DNA from: Dehalococcoidia bacterium
GTDB taxonomy: Bacteria; Chloroflexota; Dehalococcoidia; Bin125
Assembly (NCBI GenBank): GCA_963555985.3
Contig: OY820591.1
Span: forward strand, 2,432,001 to 2,496,000
Direction of reading: 5' to 3'
Length of the DNA: 64,000 bases
A program made the position numbers and the translations under genes. The first letter of the stretch is position 1, and every line of letters begins with the position of its first letter. This document shows, in pieces, positions 9,860 to 19,224 of this stretch. The notes under the pieces were generated by a model, which did not search any database, was not told the origin of the DNA, and worked only from the letters and a program-made list of their open reading frames with translations.

Positions 9860-11440
9860 CTACAACGCCTGGCCGGCCAGCACTCCCGTTGGCCGCCCCT
9901 GCTCAACAGCCAATTGACCGTTGACGAATACGTAGGGAATGCCCACCGGCGGCGTGCGCGGATCCTCGAAGTTCGCGGTATCGGTGATCGTCTCAGCGTC
10001 GAATACCACCAAGTCCGCATACGCGCCCTCTCGCACGACGCCTCGGTCGGTCAGGCTGAAGCGCTCGGCGGGGAGCGAGGTCATGCCTCGGACCAGGTGC
10101 TCCAGCGGTGCGTCGAGGCGGCGGCGCAGGCGTCCGAGGATGCGCGGGAAGGTGCCGTAGGCGCGGGGGTGGGGCAGACCGTCGGCGAAGGGGATGCCGT
10201 CGGAGCCGACCATGTAGTCGTCGCGCGAGAGTAGGTCGATTATGTCGGCTTCGACCTGGCGAGCCAGGGCCGGACTCGAGGGCATCGCGTCGCGGAAGCC
10301 GCAGGCCATGCCTGATCTGCGCATGATTTCGAGCATCATCTCCGGGACCGAGACTCCCATCAGGTCAGCAGCATCAGCAAACGATCTGCCTTCGTATTGC
10401 TTGAGATCGTCGGCGCCAATCCAAGTCCAGACGGCTGCGTCGCTGCGGCCGGGGAAAAGGTTGACCAACGAATCAATCATCCGCTCACGCCAGGCGGGGT
10501 CGGCGGCGCGCTTGATCAGGCGGTCGGTACCGCCGACGTGACACTCTCCGCGCAGGAAGTAGCCCGGTACGGTCGCGGCGGCGGCGTAGGGGTAGCACTC
10601 CAGCGTCACGTCGACCCCGTCGGCCTTGGCGCGATCGACCTCGGACATGATCGAATCGAGGTCGCCGGCGTTACTCGGGAACGTGCGGTAGTGGGAGATA
10701 TGCACCTTGACTCCGGAGCGGCGGCCGATGTTCATCGCTTCGACGATGCCGCTGCCGTCGGGGGCGCGGTCGTCGTTGTGGTTGCGAATGTGGGTGACGT
10801 AGACGCCGCCGCGTTCGGCCACGGTCTGATTGAGGGCGACCAGTTCGTCGGTGTCGGAATAGGAGTTGGGGTAGTAGGAGAGACCGGTCGAGAAACCTCG
10901 CGCGCCCTCGTACATACTCTGCGCGATCAGGTCTTGGGCGTTCGCCAGCGCATCGCCAATCAGTGGGGTATCGGCGAAGCCGACGCTTTCGAGCCGGACG
11001 GGTCCGTGCGGCGCGAGCGCGGCGACGTTGCAGCCCTTGCCGTCGTAGTGACTCAGGAACGCCGCCATCGTGGACATGTCCAGTCCCTGCGGGGGCGGAC
11101 CGTAGAGGCCGGCTAGGTAGCGGCCGTACATGTCGAGATGTTCGTCTGAGAGCAATGCGTAAGAGAGGCCGTCCTGGGTGATGAACTCGGTCGTGACACC
11201 TTGAGCGAGTCCGTGCGCGTGGATCGGATCTCGCAGCAGTACGCCGTCAGAGTGCGCGTGGGTGTCGATCAGTCCCGGCGCGACGGTGAGGCCATCGGCA
11301 GCGATGTCGCGCTCAGCGGTCATGCTCGACAGATCGCCGACCGCCGTGATGCGATCGCCCGTGATCGCCACATCGGCCGGTCGTTGGGTCGCGCCGGTAC
11401 CGTCGATCAATGTGCCGTTGCGGAGGATCAGGTCAGCCAT
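9860..11440 (-). CDS. N-acyl-D-amino-acid deacylase (amidohydrolase_3)
   Basis: LILRNGTLIDGTG, PGLIDTHAHSD, GFSTGLSY, GSDG, HPRAYGTFPR, GAYADLVVFD. Confidence 0.9.
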   Translation of the reverse strand: MADLILRNGTLIDGTGATQRPADVAITGDRITAVGDLSSMTAERDIAADGLTVAPGLIDTHAHSDGVLLRDPIHAHGLAQGVTTEFITQDGLSYALLSDEHLDMYGRYLAGLYGPPPQGLDMSTMAAFLSHYDGKGCNVAALAPHGPVRLESVGFADTPLIGDALANAQDLIAQSMYEGARGFSTGLSYYPNSYSDTDELVALNQTVAERGGVYVTHIRNHNDDRAPDGSGIVEAMNIGRRSGVKVHISHYRTFPSNAGDLDSIMSEVDRAKADGVDVTLECYPYAAAATVPGYFLRGECHVGGTDRLIKRAADPAWRERMIDSLVNLFPGRSDAAVWTWIGADDLKQYEGRSFADAADLMGVSVPEMMLEIMRRSGMACGFRDAMPSSPALARQVEADIIDLLSRDDYMVGSDGIPFADGLPHPRAYGTFPRILGRLRRRLDAPLEHLVRGMTSLPAERFSLTDRGVVREGAYADLVVFDAETITDTANFEDPRTPPVGIPYVFVNGQLAVEQGRPTGVLAGQAL

Positions 11441-12833
11441 CCGAGGGTGTCTCCTCGTTCTCGTCCCAGGCGGCGATCTTGTCGGCAATGTACTGCCAGC
11501 GGTCGTCGATTTCGTCGTGCAGGAGCTTCACGGCGGCTCGCCAGGCCTGCTCGCCCGGACCGTTCTCATCGGCCAGCACGTGCGGCTCGATCAGGGCGGT
11601 GATCTTGTCGACTCGCTCGTGCATTTCTTCAAGCGTGATCACATCCTCCATCAGCCAACGCGACGCTTCGATATAGGGTTCCCAACCCTGCGTAACCAGC
11701 GCGTTGATGACCGGATTGCAGTGCGGCGCGCGAGCGTCGATGTCCCAGAAGACCTTGCGCAGACGGCAGGTGCGGTGGAGATCGTCCCAGTCGGGCATGT
11801 CGTAGTAGGTACGGATTGGGCTGGGCGAGCGCCAGGTGTGCTCGACATCCCAGGGGATCAGACTGAAGCCCCCGGAGAATGCGTCTTCGTACCAGAAGTA
11901 GTTGTGGTTGCCGCAGACCGGGACGCAGTACCAGGCCACGATCCCGTCCCAGTTGTCGGTCAAGCGGTCGGCCGCGAGATAGCTGAAGAGTGCGTCCATG
12001 TTCTGGACGTACTCCTCAATCACCGCGAACACGGCTGGGGCGGGATCATCGCTGCTCTCCGCCTCGACGAGGGCTGCGGAGAAGGCTTGCAGGCCCGATG
12101 GATCGATTGGCCCGCGTGCGATCGCTCCTTCAAGGGAATCCGAGAAGGCGGGGAGACGCTCGATGTTGCCGGGCCAGATTTCTTTGTAGAGCACGCCCTT
12201 GCCGCCGTCGCGGAAGCGGTCGGCGATGAAGCGGTCGTCAATGTCCTCGGTGAGCGTGTAGAGGCCCAGCGGTTCGCCGTTGAGTTGCAGTAGGGCGAAG
12301 ACCGAGCGCGGGGCGGCGACGCCGGCATCGCGGAAGACCTGGTAGGTGAGCACTTCGCGCATCTGCGCCTCGTCGCCGTTCATCTGGTGGAAGTTCAGAC
12401 GCTTGAGGCCGTAGAAACGCAAGGCCGGTTCGTAGTGATTGAACTTGAGCTTCCAGGCGAGCTTGGGGCAGGTGTTTTCACCGGTGAAGAAGCACTGGCG
12501 GAGGACGCCGAAGAAGCCCTTGTAGCGCACCCCGATGGGGCCATAGGTCTTGCCGTCGATGATCACTGAACCTTGGACGTATTGCTCAGCGGTAGGATCG
12601 GCGTCGAGTTTGGCCTGTTCGGCTTCCGAGAGTTGGATGTCGTAGACGCGGACGGTGTCGAGGTCGAAGACGATGTTGTGCGGGTCGCTGCGCTGCTGTT
12701 CGGCACCGAGGGTGGGGACTTCGGCTGCGTCGATCGTGCGCGGCGGGGGTGCGTCGCCGGAGGCGGCAAGGACGGCGGCAGCGACCACGACCGCTACGGC
12801 GATCAACGCCGCCAGCGCCGCCTTTCGGTTCAT
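11433..12833 (-). CDS. CotH-family kinase with N-terminal signal/anchor
   Basis: Hydrophobic N-terminus (MNRKAALAALIAVAVVVAAA); GVRYKG, KLKF, MRE.LTYQVFRDAGVAAPR, NGEPLGLYTLTEDID, NWDG, HNYFWY, LIPWD. Confidence 0.9.
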   Translation of the reverse strand: MNRKAALAALIAVAVVVAAAVLAASGDAPPPRTIDAAEVPTLGAEQQRSDPHNIVFDLDTVRVYDIQLSEAEQAKLDADPTAEQYVQGSVIIDGKTYGPIGVRYKGFFGVLRQCFFTGENTCPKLAWKLKFNHYEPALRFYGLKRLNFHQMNGDEAQMREVLTYQVFRDAGVAAPRSVFALLQLNGEPLGLYTLTEDIDDRFIADRFRDGGKGVLYKEIWPGNIERLPAFSDSLEGAIARGPIDPSGLQAFSAALVEAESSDDPAPAVFAVIEEYVQNMDALFSYLAADRLTDNWDGIVAWYCVPVCGNHNYFWYEDAFSGGFSLIPWDVEHTWRSPSPIRTYYDMPDWDDLHRTCRLRKVFWDIDARAPHCNPVINALVTQGWEPYIEASRWLMEDVITLEEMHERVDKITALIEPHVLADENGPGEQAWRAAVKLLHDEIDDRWQYIADKIAAWDENEETPSDG

Positions 12834-12898
12834 GCCGCCGCCTCCGACGCTCCGGCTCTCTGCTGGATTGGATGTTAACCCCAAGTTAGCCTGCCGCC

Positions 12899-13603
12899 AT
12901 GCCGCCTCCGCGCCGCCCTGAACCCCGCTCCGATACGCGCGAAGAGCGCAAGTATCCCGTCAGCGATGCGCGGGCGGGGATGCTACGGGCCTGGCTCAAT
13001 GCGAGGTTGCGGCCCGATTCGCAGTACCCGACGGGCGTGATCACGTCTTGCTACTTCGACACGCCCGCGCTGGAGGCGTACTGGGACTCCGCGGACGGAC
13101 AGATGTCCAAGCACAAGCTGCGCTTGCGCTGGTACGGCGATCCGATCGAGCCGCTCGCGGGCGCCTGGTTGGAGCTGAAGAGCCGCGACGGGGCGGTTTC
13201 GTTCAAGCAGCGGCTGCGACTCGCCGCGCAGGGGCAAGCGCTGGGCGAAGGCATCTTTCTGCCCGACCGCGACACTCTGAGCGAACTCGCGCAACGGCTC
13301 GACCCGTCCACGCCGCCCAGCTTCGAGCCGATGGCGTTGGTGCGCTACCGGCGCGAGCGCTGGCGCGAGCGGGGGAGCGGATTGCGCGTCTCGCTCGATA
13401 CCGAGGTGCGGATCGCGCCGCCGCGTCCGGGTCCCGCCTGGCGTCCGCTGCCGGGCGGGGCGGTCTTGGAGCTGAAGTCGTCCGGCCCGCTGCCGCCGCA
13501 GCTCAAGAGTCTCGGCCGCCTGGGGCTGCGGCGCACGGCGCACTCGAAGTATGCGCTCGCGGTTGAGCAACTGCTCGGCGGCGTCCGCGCTCGCACCGCC
13601 TAG
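12899..13603 (+). CDS. VTC-domain (polyphosphate polymerase / CYTH-like) protein
   Basis: REERKY, SCYFDT, KLRLRWY, LELKSR, RYRRE, RVSLD, VLELK, HSKY. Confidence 0.88.
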   Translation: MPPPRRPEPRSDTREERKYPVSDARAGMLRAWLNARLRPDSQYPTGVITSCYFDTPALEAYWDSADGQMSKHKLRLRWYGDPIEPLAGAWLELKSRDGAVSFKQRLRLAAQGQALGEGIFLPDRDTLSELAQRLDPSTPPSFEPMALVRYRRERWRERGSGLRVSLDTEVRIAPPRPGPAWRPLPGGAVLELKSSGPLPPQLKSLGRLGLRRTAHSKYALAVEQLLGGVRARTA

Positions 13604-13645
13604 CGAGTGTCGAAACCGGATTAGGCGCTCAGAAGGAGAACGCTC

Positions 13646-14323
13646 ATGGACAGCTGGCCGGACTTCCTCGGTCCAGTCTCGGAAGTGACCTGGGAAGAGT
13701 TCGTCTTCGCCATGCTGGTCTCGCTGGCGGCGTCGGTGGTGATCTGGGCGCTCTACGTCGCCTTCTACCGCGACTGGGAGCGGGGCGCGGGGATTCACCG
13801 CGTGTTCATCCTGGCCGGGCCGGCGATTACGGCGCTGTTCATCTCGATCCAGTTCTCGCTGCCGCTCTCGCTAGGGTTGTTGGGCGCGCTCTCGTTCGTG
13901 CGCTTCCGCACGCCGATTAAGGATCCGGCCGAGATCGGATATCTGCTGCTGGTGATTGGTTCGTCGATTGCGGCGGCGACGTACAACTACGAGCTGATCG
14001 GAGTGCTGCTGGGGATCGCCGCGGTGGTGCTGCTGTTGCAGTGGCTGTTCTCGCGCACGTCGCTGAGCGGGATCCTGCCGGGAGGGCGCGATCTGATCGT
14101 GACGATGCCGGCGGCGGACTACGCCCAGCATGAGCGGGAGTTGCTGCGGTTTTTGCAAGCGAATCTGCGGGGGGTGCAGACCGAATCGGCGACGCAGAAC
14201 GCGGAGACGGCAAGTCTGCATCTGCGTTTTCGGGGCTCGAACTTTGATGAGCGTTGGGGGGAGTTTCAGTCGGCGCTGCATGATGCGATTGCGCCGGCTC
14301 GGGCGGAGTTGTATGTGGGGTAG
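13646..14323 (+). CDS. DUF4956-family membrane protein
   Basis: Five hydrophobic segments and SLPLSLGLLGALSFVRFRTPIKDP; follows the VTC gene; AAGGAG RBS. Confidence 0.9.
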   Translation: MDSWPDFLGPVSEVTWEEFVFAMLVSLAASVVIWALYVAFYRDWERGAGIHRVFILAGPAITALFISIQFSLPLSLGLLGALSFVRFRTPIKDPAEIGYLLLVIGSSIAAATYNYELIGVLLGIAAVVLLLQWLFSRTSLSGILPGGRDLIVTMPAADYAQHERELLRFLQANLRGVQTESATQNAETASLHLRFRGSNFDERWGEFQSALHDAIAPARAELYVG

Positions 14324-14356
14324 GCTAGCAGTGTCCTTGTTGGCGGGAGGGCGCAA

Positions 14357-15313
14357 ATGGTCGAGTTGAGCAAGCTCGAGGTGGTGGACCTACGCGAAGT
14401 CTGGCAGCACGAAGCGAGCGATTTCACCCCTTGGTTGGCAGACAACATCGAAGAGTTGGGAAATGTTCTTGGTCTCGACCTGGAAGTCAAAACGAGTGAG
14501 GCCGAGGTCGGCACGTTCTCCCTAGACATCCTCGCTCATGACATGACGAGTGATCGTCCCGTAGTGATCGAGAATCAGCTAGACGGTACGAATCACGATC
14601 ACCTTGGCAAGCTCCTGACCTATGCAGCGGGCTACGACGCGCACATCCTCGTCTGGATCGTGAAAGAGTTCCGACCGGAACATCGGGCGGCGATCGATTG
14701 GCTCAATCGACGTACCGGAGAGGACACGGCCTTCTTCGGCGTCGCCGTCGAAGCGTGGCGAATCGAAGATTCCCCGCCAGCCGCCCGATTCAATGTGGTG
14801 GCATTGCCGAACGACTGGGAGAAACAAGGAGTGCGCGAGTCCACATCGAGCGTGAATGGAGCACTATCAGACAAGCGCCGCCGCTACCGCGATTTCTGGC
14901 AGCCCCTCATCGACGAACTGCGGGAGACTCACAAATTCACCAAATCGAGGAAGGCGCAGCCACAGAGTTGGATGCACTTCGGCAGTGGATTTTCAGGTTT
15001 GCCACTGAGTGTGGCGTTCCAGCAGGGTGATGTCGCAGCGGTGGGAATGAACATCGATCGGCCCGACAAAGAGGTAAACGAAGCGCTATTCGACGCCCTG
15101 ATCGAGCGTAGTGCTGCAATCGAAGCGAAGCTTGATGATCCACTCGCCTGGAATCGATTGGAGCACGCGAAGGCTTGCAGAATCCAGATTCAGCGCGATG
15201 GGACGATTGACGACGACGACGAAACGCTGGAGGAAACTCGGCAGTGGATGATCCGAAGCCTCTTGCGCTTCAAACAAGTCCTCTCGCCCCACCTGGGCGA
15301 GATTCTCGGCTGA
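14357..15313 (+). CDS. DUF4268-domain protein with N-terminal PD-(D/E)xK nuclease-like domain
   Basis: DLREVWQHEASDFTPWL, DILA, VIENQL, HDHLGKLLTYAAG, YRDFW. Confidence 0.8.
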   Translation: MVELSKLEVVDLREVWQHEASDFTPWLADNIEELGNVLGLDLEVKTSEAEVGTFSLDILAHDMTSDRPVVIENQLDGTNHDHLGKLLTYAAGYDAHILVWIVKEFRPEHRAAIDWLNRRTGEDTAFFGVAVEAWRIEDSPPAARFNVVALPNDWEKQGVRESTSSVNGALSDKRRRYRDFWQPLIDELRETHKFTKSRKAQPQSWMHFGSGFSGLPLSVAFQQGDVAAVGMNIDRPDKEVNEALFDALIERSAAIEAKLDDPLAWNRLEHAKACRIQIQRDGTIDDDDETLEETRQWMIRSLLRFKQVLSPHLGEILG

Positions 15314-15345
15314 GGCCGCGATCTGTCGGCTAACCTCACCAGCAC

Positions 15346-15443
15346 GGGAGCGGAAGGGGACCGGTGTCCCCCTTAGTCTTCAAAACTATTGCGGGGCGGT
15401 CCGCGCCGTCCCGGGTGGGTTCGACTCCCATGCGCTCCCGCCA
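15346..15443 (+). tRNA. selC: tRNA-Sec (anticodon UCA)
   Basis: Acceptor GGGAGCG/CGCTCCC-G-CCA; 6-bp D stem GGGGAC-CGGT-GTCCCC; anticodon loop CTTCAAA; long variable arm CGGGGCGG/CCGTCCCG; T arm GTGGG-TTCGACT-CCCAT. Confidence 0.95.
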
Positions 15444-15458
15444 TTGCCGACCCAGGTG

Positions 15459-15586
15459 GTCATACCCGCGGCAAGCGCGGGTATCTCGCGGTAAGCGGCA
15501 CTGCGGTTCAGTGGCGGCGTGTGGTCTGAGGATGGTGCGTGGGTGCAGAACGCGGCGAGATTCCCGTGGCGGAACACGGGAATGAC
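15459..15586. repeat. REP-like double palindrome, family A
   Basis: GTCATACCCGCGGCAAGCGCGGGTATCTCGC ... GCGAGATTCCCGTGGCGGAACACGGGAATGAC, between selC and the convergent gene. Confidence 0.8.
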
Positions 15587-15620
15587 GGATCCTGGGAGCG
15601 GGGTTTGTTTCAGCACACTG

Positions 15621-16721
15621 CTACAGCGCGTCGATTACCGCCTCTGCGAACTCTTCGGTGCTGGCTGAGCCGCCCTGGTCGGGGGTGAGGCGTTGGCCGG
15701 CGGCGTAGACGGTTTCGATGGCTTGCTCCAGGGCGGCGCTCTGTTCGGTGAGGCCGAGGTGGTCGAGCATCATGGCGGCGGAGAGCATGGTGGCGGTGGG
15801 GTTGATGCGGTGTTGGCCGGCGATGTCGGGGGCGGTGCCGTGGACGGACTCGAAGTAGGCCCAGTCGTCGCCAAAACAGCCTGAGGGGGCGAGGCCGAGG
15901 CCGCCGATCGTGCCGGCGCCTTCGTCGGAGAAGATGTCGCCGTAGAGGTTGGGCAGGAGGACGACATCGAGGTCGTGGGGGGAGGCGACGAGGCGGCGGG
16001 CGAAGTCGTCGGCGATGTAGGACTCGAACTGGATGTCGGAGTAGCCGGCAGCGACTTCGGCGGCGATTTCGACGAACCAGCCGTCGGTGCGGGAGAGTAC
16101 GTTGGTCTTGGCGGAGCAGGTGAGTTTGCCGGCGTAGCCCTGCTGCTTGCGGCGCTGTGTGAGTTGGCAGGCGAAGTGGGCGACGCGCTCGACGTTGGCG
16201 CGGGTGAAGTACTTGATCGCGTAGCGGCCCTCGTTGTCGGCGAAGTGTCCGAAGCCGCCCGGTACGCGGGTGCGGGAGACGCCGCCGAAGCGGGGGCGGT
16301 CGGCGAGGCCGGAGGCGGCGACCTCGGAGAGATCGCCCTCGATGCCGGCGTAGAGGTCTTCGAGGTTCTCGCGGACGATCACGTAGTCGATGCCCTCGGG
16401 CTGGGCGAGGGGCGAGCGGAAGCCGGGCCGCCACTTGATCGGGCGGACGTTGGCGAAGGTCTGTTTGCCCCAGCGGAAGTAGCCGACGCCGGGGGTCTGG
16501 CCGTTGGTGGAACCGAAGAGCACGGTGTCGCAGCGTTCGGCGGTGTCGATGACCAGCGCTTCACCCTCTTGTCGGGACATGTCGCGGGCGAAGTCCGCGC
16601 CGTCGGGGAGGATTTCCCAGGCGAGTGGGAGTTCCATGGCGTGGAGGACGGTCATGGTCGCATGGACAGCTTCGGGTGCGGCGTCGTCGCCTGGGAGGAT
16701 TGCGACGGTGGGTTGGGTCAT
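15621..16721 (-). CDS. Isocitrate/isopropylmalate (beta-decarboxylating) dehydrogenase family protein
   Basis: ILPGDDAAPE, FANVRP, IVRENLEDLY, KTNVL, PNLYGDIFSD, GGLGLAPS, FESVHGTAPDIAG. Confidence 0.9.
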   Translation of the reverse strand: MTQPTVAILPGDDAAPEAVHATMTVLHAMELPLAWEILPDGADFARDMSRQEGEALVIDTAERCDTVLFGSTNGQTPGVGYFRWGKQTFANVRPIKWRPGFRSPLAQPEGIDYVIVRENLEDLYAGIEGDLSEVAASGLADRPRFGGVSRTRVPGGFGHFADNEGRYAIKYFTRANVERVAHFACQLTQRRKQQGYAGKLTCSAKTNVLSRTDGWFVEIAAEVAAGYSDIQFESYIADDFARRLVASPHDLDVVLLPNLYGDIFSDEGAGTIGGLGLAPSGCFGDDWAYFESVHGTAPDIAGQHRINPTATMLSAAMMLDHLGLTEQSAALEQAIETVYAAGQRLTPDQGGSASTEEFAEAVIDAL

Positions 16722-17611
16722 GGGTTGAGCCTTTCGAAGAAGGCGTCGTCGATGGTGACGTCTTCGACCATTCGCTGCGTCACGCGGACGCCGAGTTGGT
16801 GTTCCTTGAGTAGGTCGCAGAGCGCTTCGCCGTCGATCAGATCGACCGGGTTTGCCCCCGCACGCGACGCTTCAGCGCGAGCGTCGCGGGTGAAGTAGCC
16901 AGTGGTCACGATGATGCCGCGGTCGGCGCGGCCGATGAATGAACCGCGAAAGTCGCGGACGACGCTTGCGCCGACGGAGCCCTGGTAGCGCTTGCACTGG
17001 AAGGCGGTGTGAAAGGAGATCAGGCCGGAGGGTCGGTAGGTGCCGATTCCGTCAATGCCACCGTCGCTGGAGCGTCCGGTGACTTCTACGTCGTCGAATC
17101 CAGCTGAGCGTAAGAGGGCGGCGGTGAGATGCTCAAAGGCCTTAGGTGAAGCGCTCATGAGCCGATCCAGGAGTTCATCTTCCCAAGGCCGTACATCGTC
17201 ATCACCGACGCCTCCACTCTCGCTCGCTGCGGTGCCGGGGTCGCTCCTCTCTTGCTGCCGCTTGCGATACCGACGTCCGCGCTCACGGTGGCGCTGAGCG
17301 ACCTCTTCGTCCGAGATTGTCCGCCCAAGCTCAGTAAGTTGATACAAACCCTTCCCCGGCTGCTCGCACACGCCTATCCACTTCAGGTCGTTGCAGGCGT
17401 ATTCGGATTGCCAAGAGACGAAGGAACGGTTCCTGTTGCGTCCCGGCTCAGGCACCGCGCACTGTTCTGGCGTCAACTGAAGCCGATCCGCGACCGCTTC
17501 ACCGATCTCCAGACGATGCACGGGCATCGGCATAGAGCGAAGCAACTCCAGCACCAACGGAAGCATCTCCGAACGTGTTGGCAATCCCGCTTGCTCGCGT
17601 CGCGATGCCAT
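16718..17611 (-). CDS. mrr: Mrr-family (type IV) restriction endonuclease
   Basis: Mrr_N-like winged-helix N-terminus, then FEHL..ALL, DGGIDG, QCKRY, VVRDFRG, LIDG; GAAGGAG RBS. Confidence 0.88.
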   Translation of the reverse strand: MASRREQAGLPTRSEMLPLVLELLRSMPMPVHRLEIGEAVADRLQLTPEQCAVPEPGRNRNRSFVSWQSEYACNDLKWIGVCEQPGKGLYQLTELGRTISDEEVAQRHRERGRRYRKRQQERSDPGTAASESGGVGDDDVRPWEDELLDRLMSASPKAFEHLTAALLRSAGFDDVEVTGRSSDGGIDGIGTYRPSGLISFHTAFQCKRYQGSVGASVVRDFRGSFIGRADRGIIVTTGYFTRDARAEASRAGANPVDLIDGEALCDLLKEHQLGVRVTQRMVEDVTIDDAFFERLNP

Positions 17612-17634
17612 CGCTCGCTCCTTCACTCCGCAGG

Positions 17635-18975
17635 CTAGCCGCCGAGACGGTCTTGGAGGTTGGGGGCGGGGCGGAAGTAGTAATGGCGACCTTCCTGCTT
17701 ACGGACGAAGAATCCGCGCCGCACCAGCTTGGTCAAATCTGAACGGGCTGTACCGTAGGAGACTCGGAACTCGGTCTGGTGACCAGCGACGGTGAACTCG
17801 GTGAAGGGGAGGCGGAGCGCCCGTTCCACGATCAGCTCTTGCCGATGATTGAGACCACGCAGGTCTTTGAGCGCCTGCGCGATGGCGACGGCCCGCTCGG
17901 TCTGGCGGGCGATGTATTGACGCAAGCCATCGGCTGCCCGCTCCAGGACTCTGAGTTGGTGAACCAGGAAGTAGGTTGCGTCATTGGCGTCGGCGTGGAC
18001 GTACTCGTAGGCGCGCGAGTACTTGCTCGGCCCGGCATGGAGCAGGTTCGAGATCGACAAGTACGAGGCGAGCCAGTAACCGTTGCGCAGCATCGTCCAG
18101 TAGAACAGGGCGCGAGCAGTGCGGCCGTTGCCGTCAACGAAGGGGTGGTCGTAGCCGATCATGAAGTGGCACATGATCGCGCGGATGACCGGGTGGAGGT
18201 AGCGGTCGTCGAGCTCTCCGTTGGCGAATGCGCAGAGCCGCTCGATTCGCTCCGGCAACTCCTCGGCCGGGGGCGGAGTATGTACGACTGAGCCATCGCC
18301 GGAGACGACGGCAACGCGGCCTTCGCCGGGGACCTGGATGCGGCCTGAGTCGGCCTGGCTCTTCAGTGTGTTGAGGGTAACGATCTCATGCAGCGCCAGC
18401 AGCCGGTCGCGGGTGACGGCGCGGTCCTCTTGCGCCCACTCCTCAACCTGCAACATGGCGGCGAAGTTGTTGAAGATCATCCGCTCGCCCTGGTCGCGGG
18501 GACGGCGGCCGGTGCGCAGCATCTCCTGCGCAATCAGACGGGTCGTGTTCGCCCCCTCGAGCTGGCTCGAGCGGATCGATTCTTCCATCAGTGAGTTGAC
18601 CAAGTAGCGATCCTTCTCGCCGCTGCTCACCACGTCCTCATCGAGCAGGATGTGACCGGCCATCTCGCGATCAAGTCGTTGGAGCGCCTCCATGACGGGT
18701 GGGGCGTTGCAGAACCAGAACGAGACCCCACCCTTGCCCAGCAGCGGCAGTCGCTGGCGTCCGGTGCGTCGGGCGAGTACGAATCCGAGCCACCAGATGC
18801 GGTGCGACCAGCCAGCGGGCGGCGGGCGGCGACGGACTTGATCCCAGTGGAGGTAGCGTCCTTTCGCGTCTAGCGCGTCGGACTCGTCGATCAGGCGCAG
18901 TTGCGCGTCCTCATCGAGCTGGTGGAACTCTCGCATCATCGCCGGGAGGGAAGGAGAGGTCTCAGGCAGACGCAC
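17635..18975 (-). CDS. Fic-family protein with probable C-terminal winged HTH
   Basis: HPFVDGNGRTAR Fic motif, SSQLEG inhibitory-type motif, C-terminal LNHRQ...VSYGTARSDL..LV. Confidence 0.92.
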   Translation of the reverse strand: MRLPETSPSLPAMMREFHQLDEDAQLRLIDESDALDAKGRYLHWDQVRRRPPPAGWSHRIWWLGFVLARRTGRQRLPLLGKGGVSFWFCNAPPVMEALQRLDREMAGHILLDEDVVSSGEKDRYLVNSLMEESIRSSQLEGANTTRLIAQEMLRTGRRPRDQGERMIFNNFAAMLQVEEWAQEDRAVTRDRLLALHEIVTLNTLKSQADSGRIQVPGEGRVAVVSGDGSVVHTPPPAEELPERIERLCAFANGELDDRYLHPVIRAIMCHFMIGYDHPFVDGNGRTARALFYWTMLRNGYWLASYLSISNLLHAGPSKYSRAYEYVHADANDATYFLVHQLRVLERAADGLRQYIARQTERAVAIAQALKDLRGLNHRQELIVERALRLPFTEFTVAGHQTEFRVSYGTARSDLTKLVRRGFFVRKQEGRHYYFRPAPNLQDRLGG

Positions 18976-18991
18976 GGGCCTCGTCCTGTCA

Positions 18992-19118
18992 ACTGTCAGT
19001 TTGAGATCAATTTCGCTGACATTGACAGTAACAGGGGGCGCTACAGGATGTCGACGCGATCCCGTGCACCGAGACGAAGAACTGTCAACTTGGGATCAAT
19101 TTCGTTGATATTGACAGT
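18992..19118. promoter_or_regulatory. Pair of 38-bp palindromic operator-like repeats upstream of the Fic gene
   Basis: ACTGTCA-N24-TGACAGT at 18992-19029 and 19081-19118, sharing the core GATCAATTTCG. Confidence 0.65.
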
Positions 19119-19140
19119 TCGTTAGATGAGGACGGTGAGG

Positions 19141-19193
19141 CTCCCCCCCTCTGCCCCTTCGGGGCGTCTCCCCCCGCGGTGCGGGGGGGGGAG
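19141..19193. repeat. REP-like palindrome, family B
   Basis: CCCCCTCTG-hairpin-TCTCCCCC-GCGGTGC-GGGGGG.GAG; close copy at 32108-32155. Confidence 0.7.
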
Positions 19194-19224
19194 TTTGGCG
19201 TGTTTTGTCCGCGACGGCGCCTTC

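Noticed and set aside
15346-19200. selC as the attachment site of an integrated island
   Set aside because: No integrase nearby and I found no duplicated tRNA 3' end in the window.
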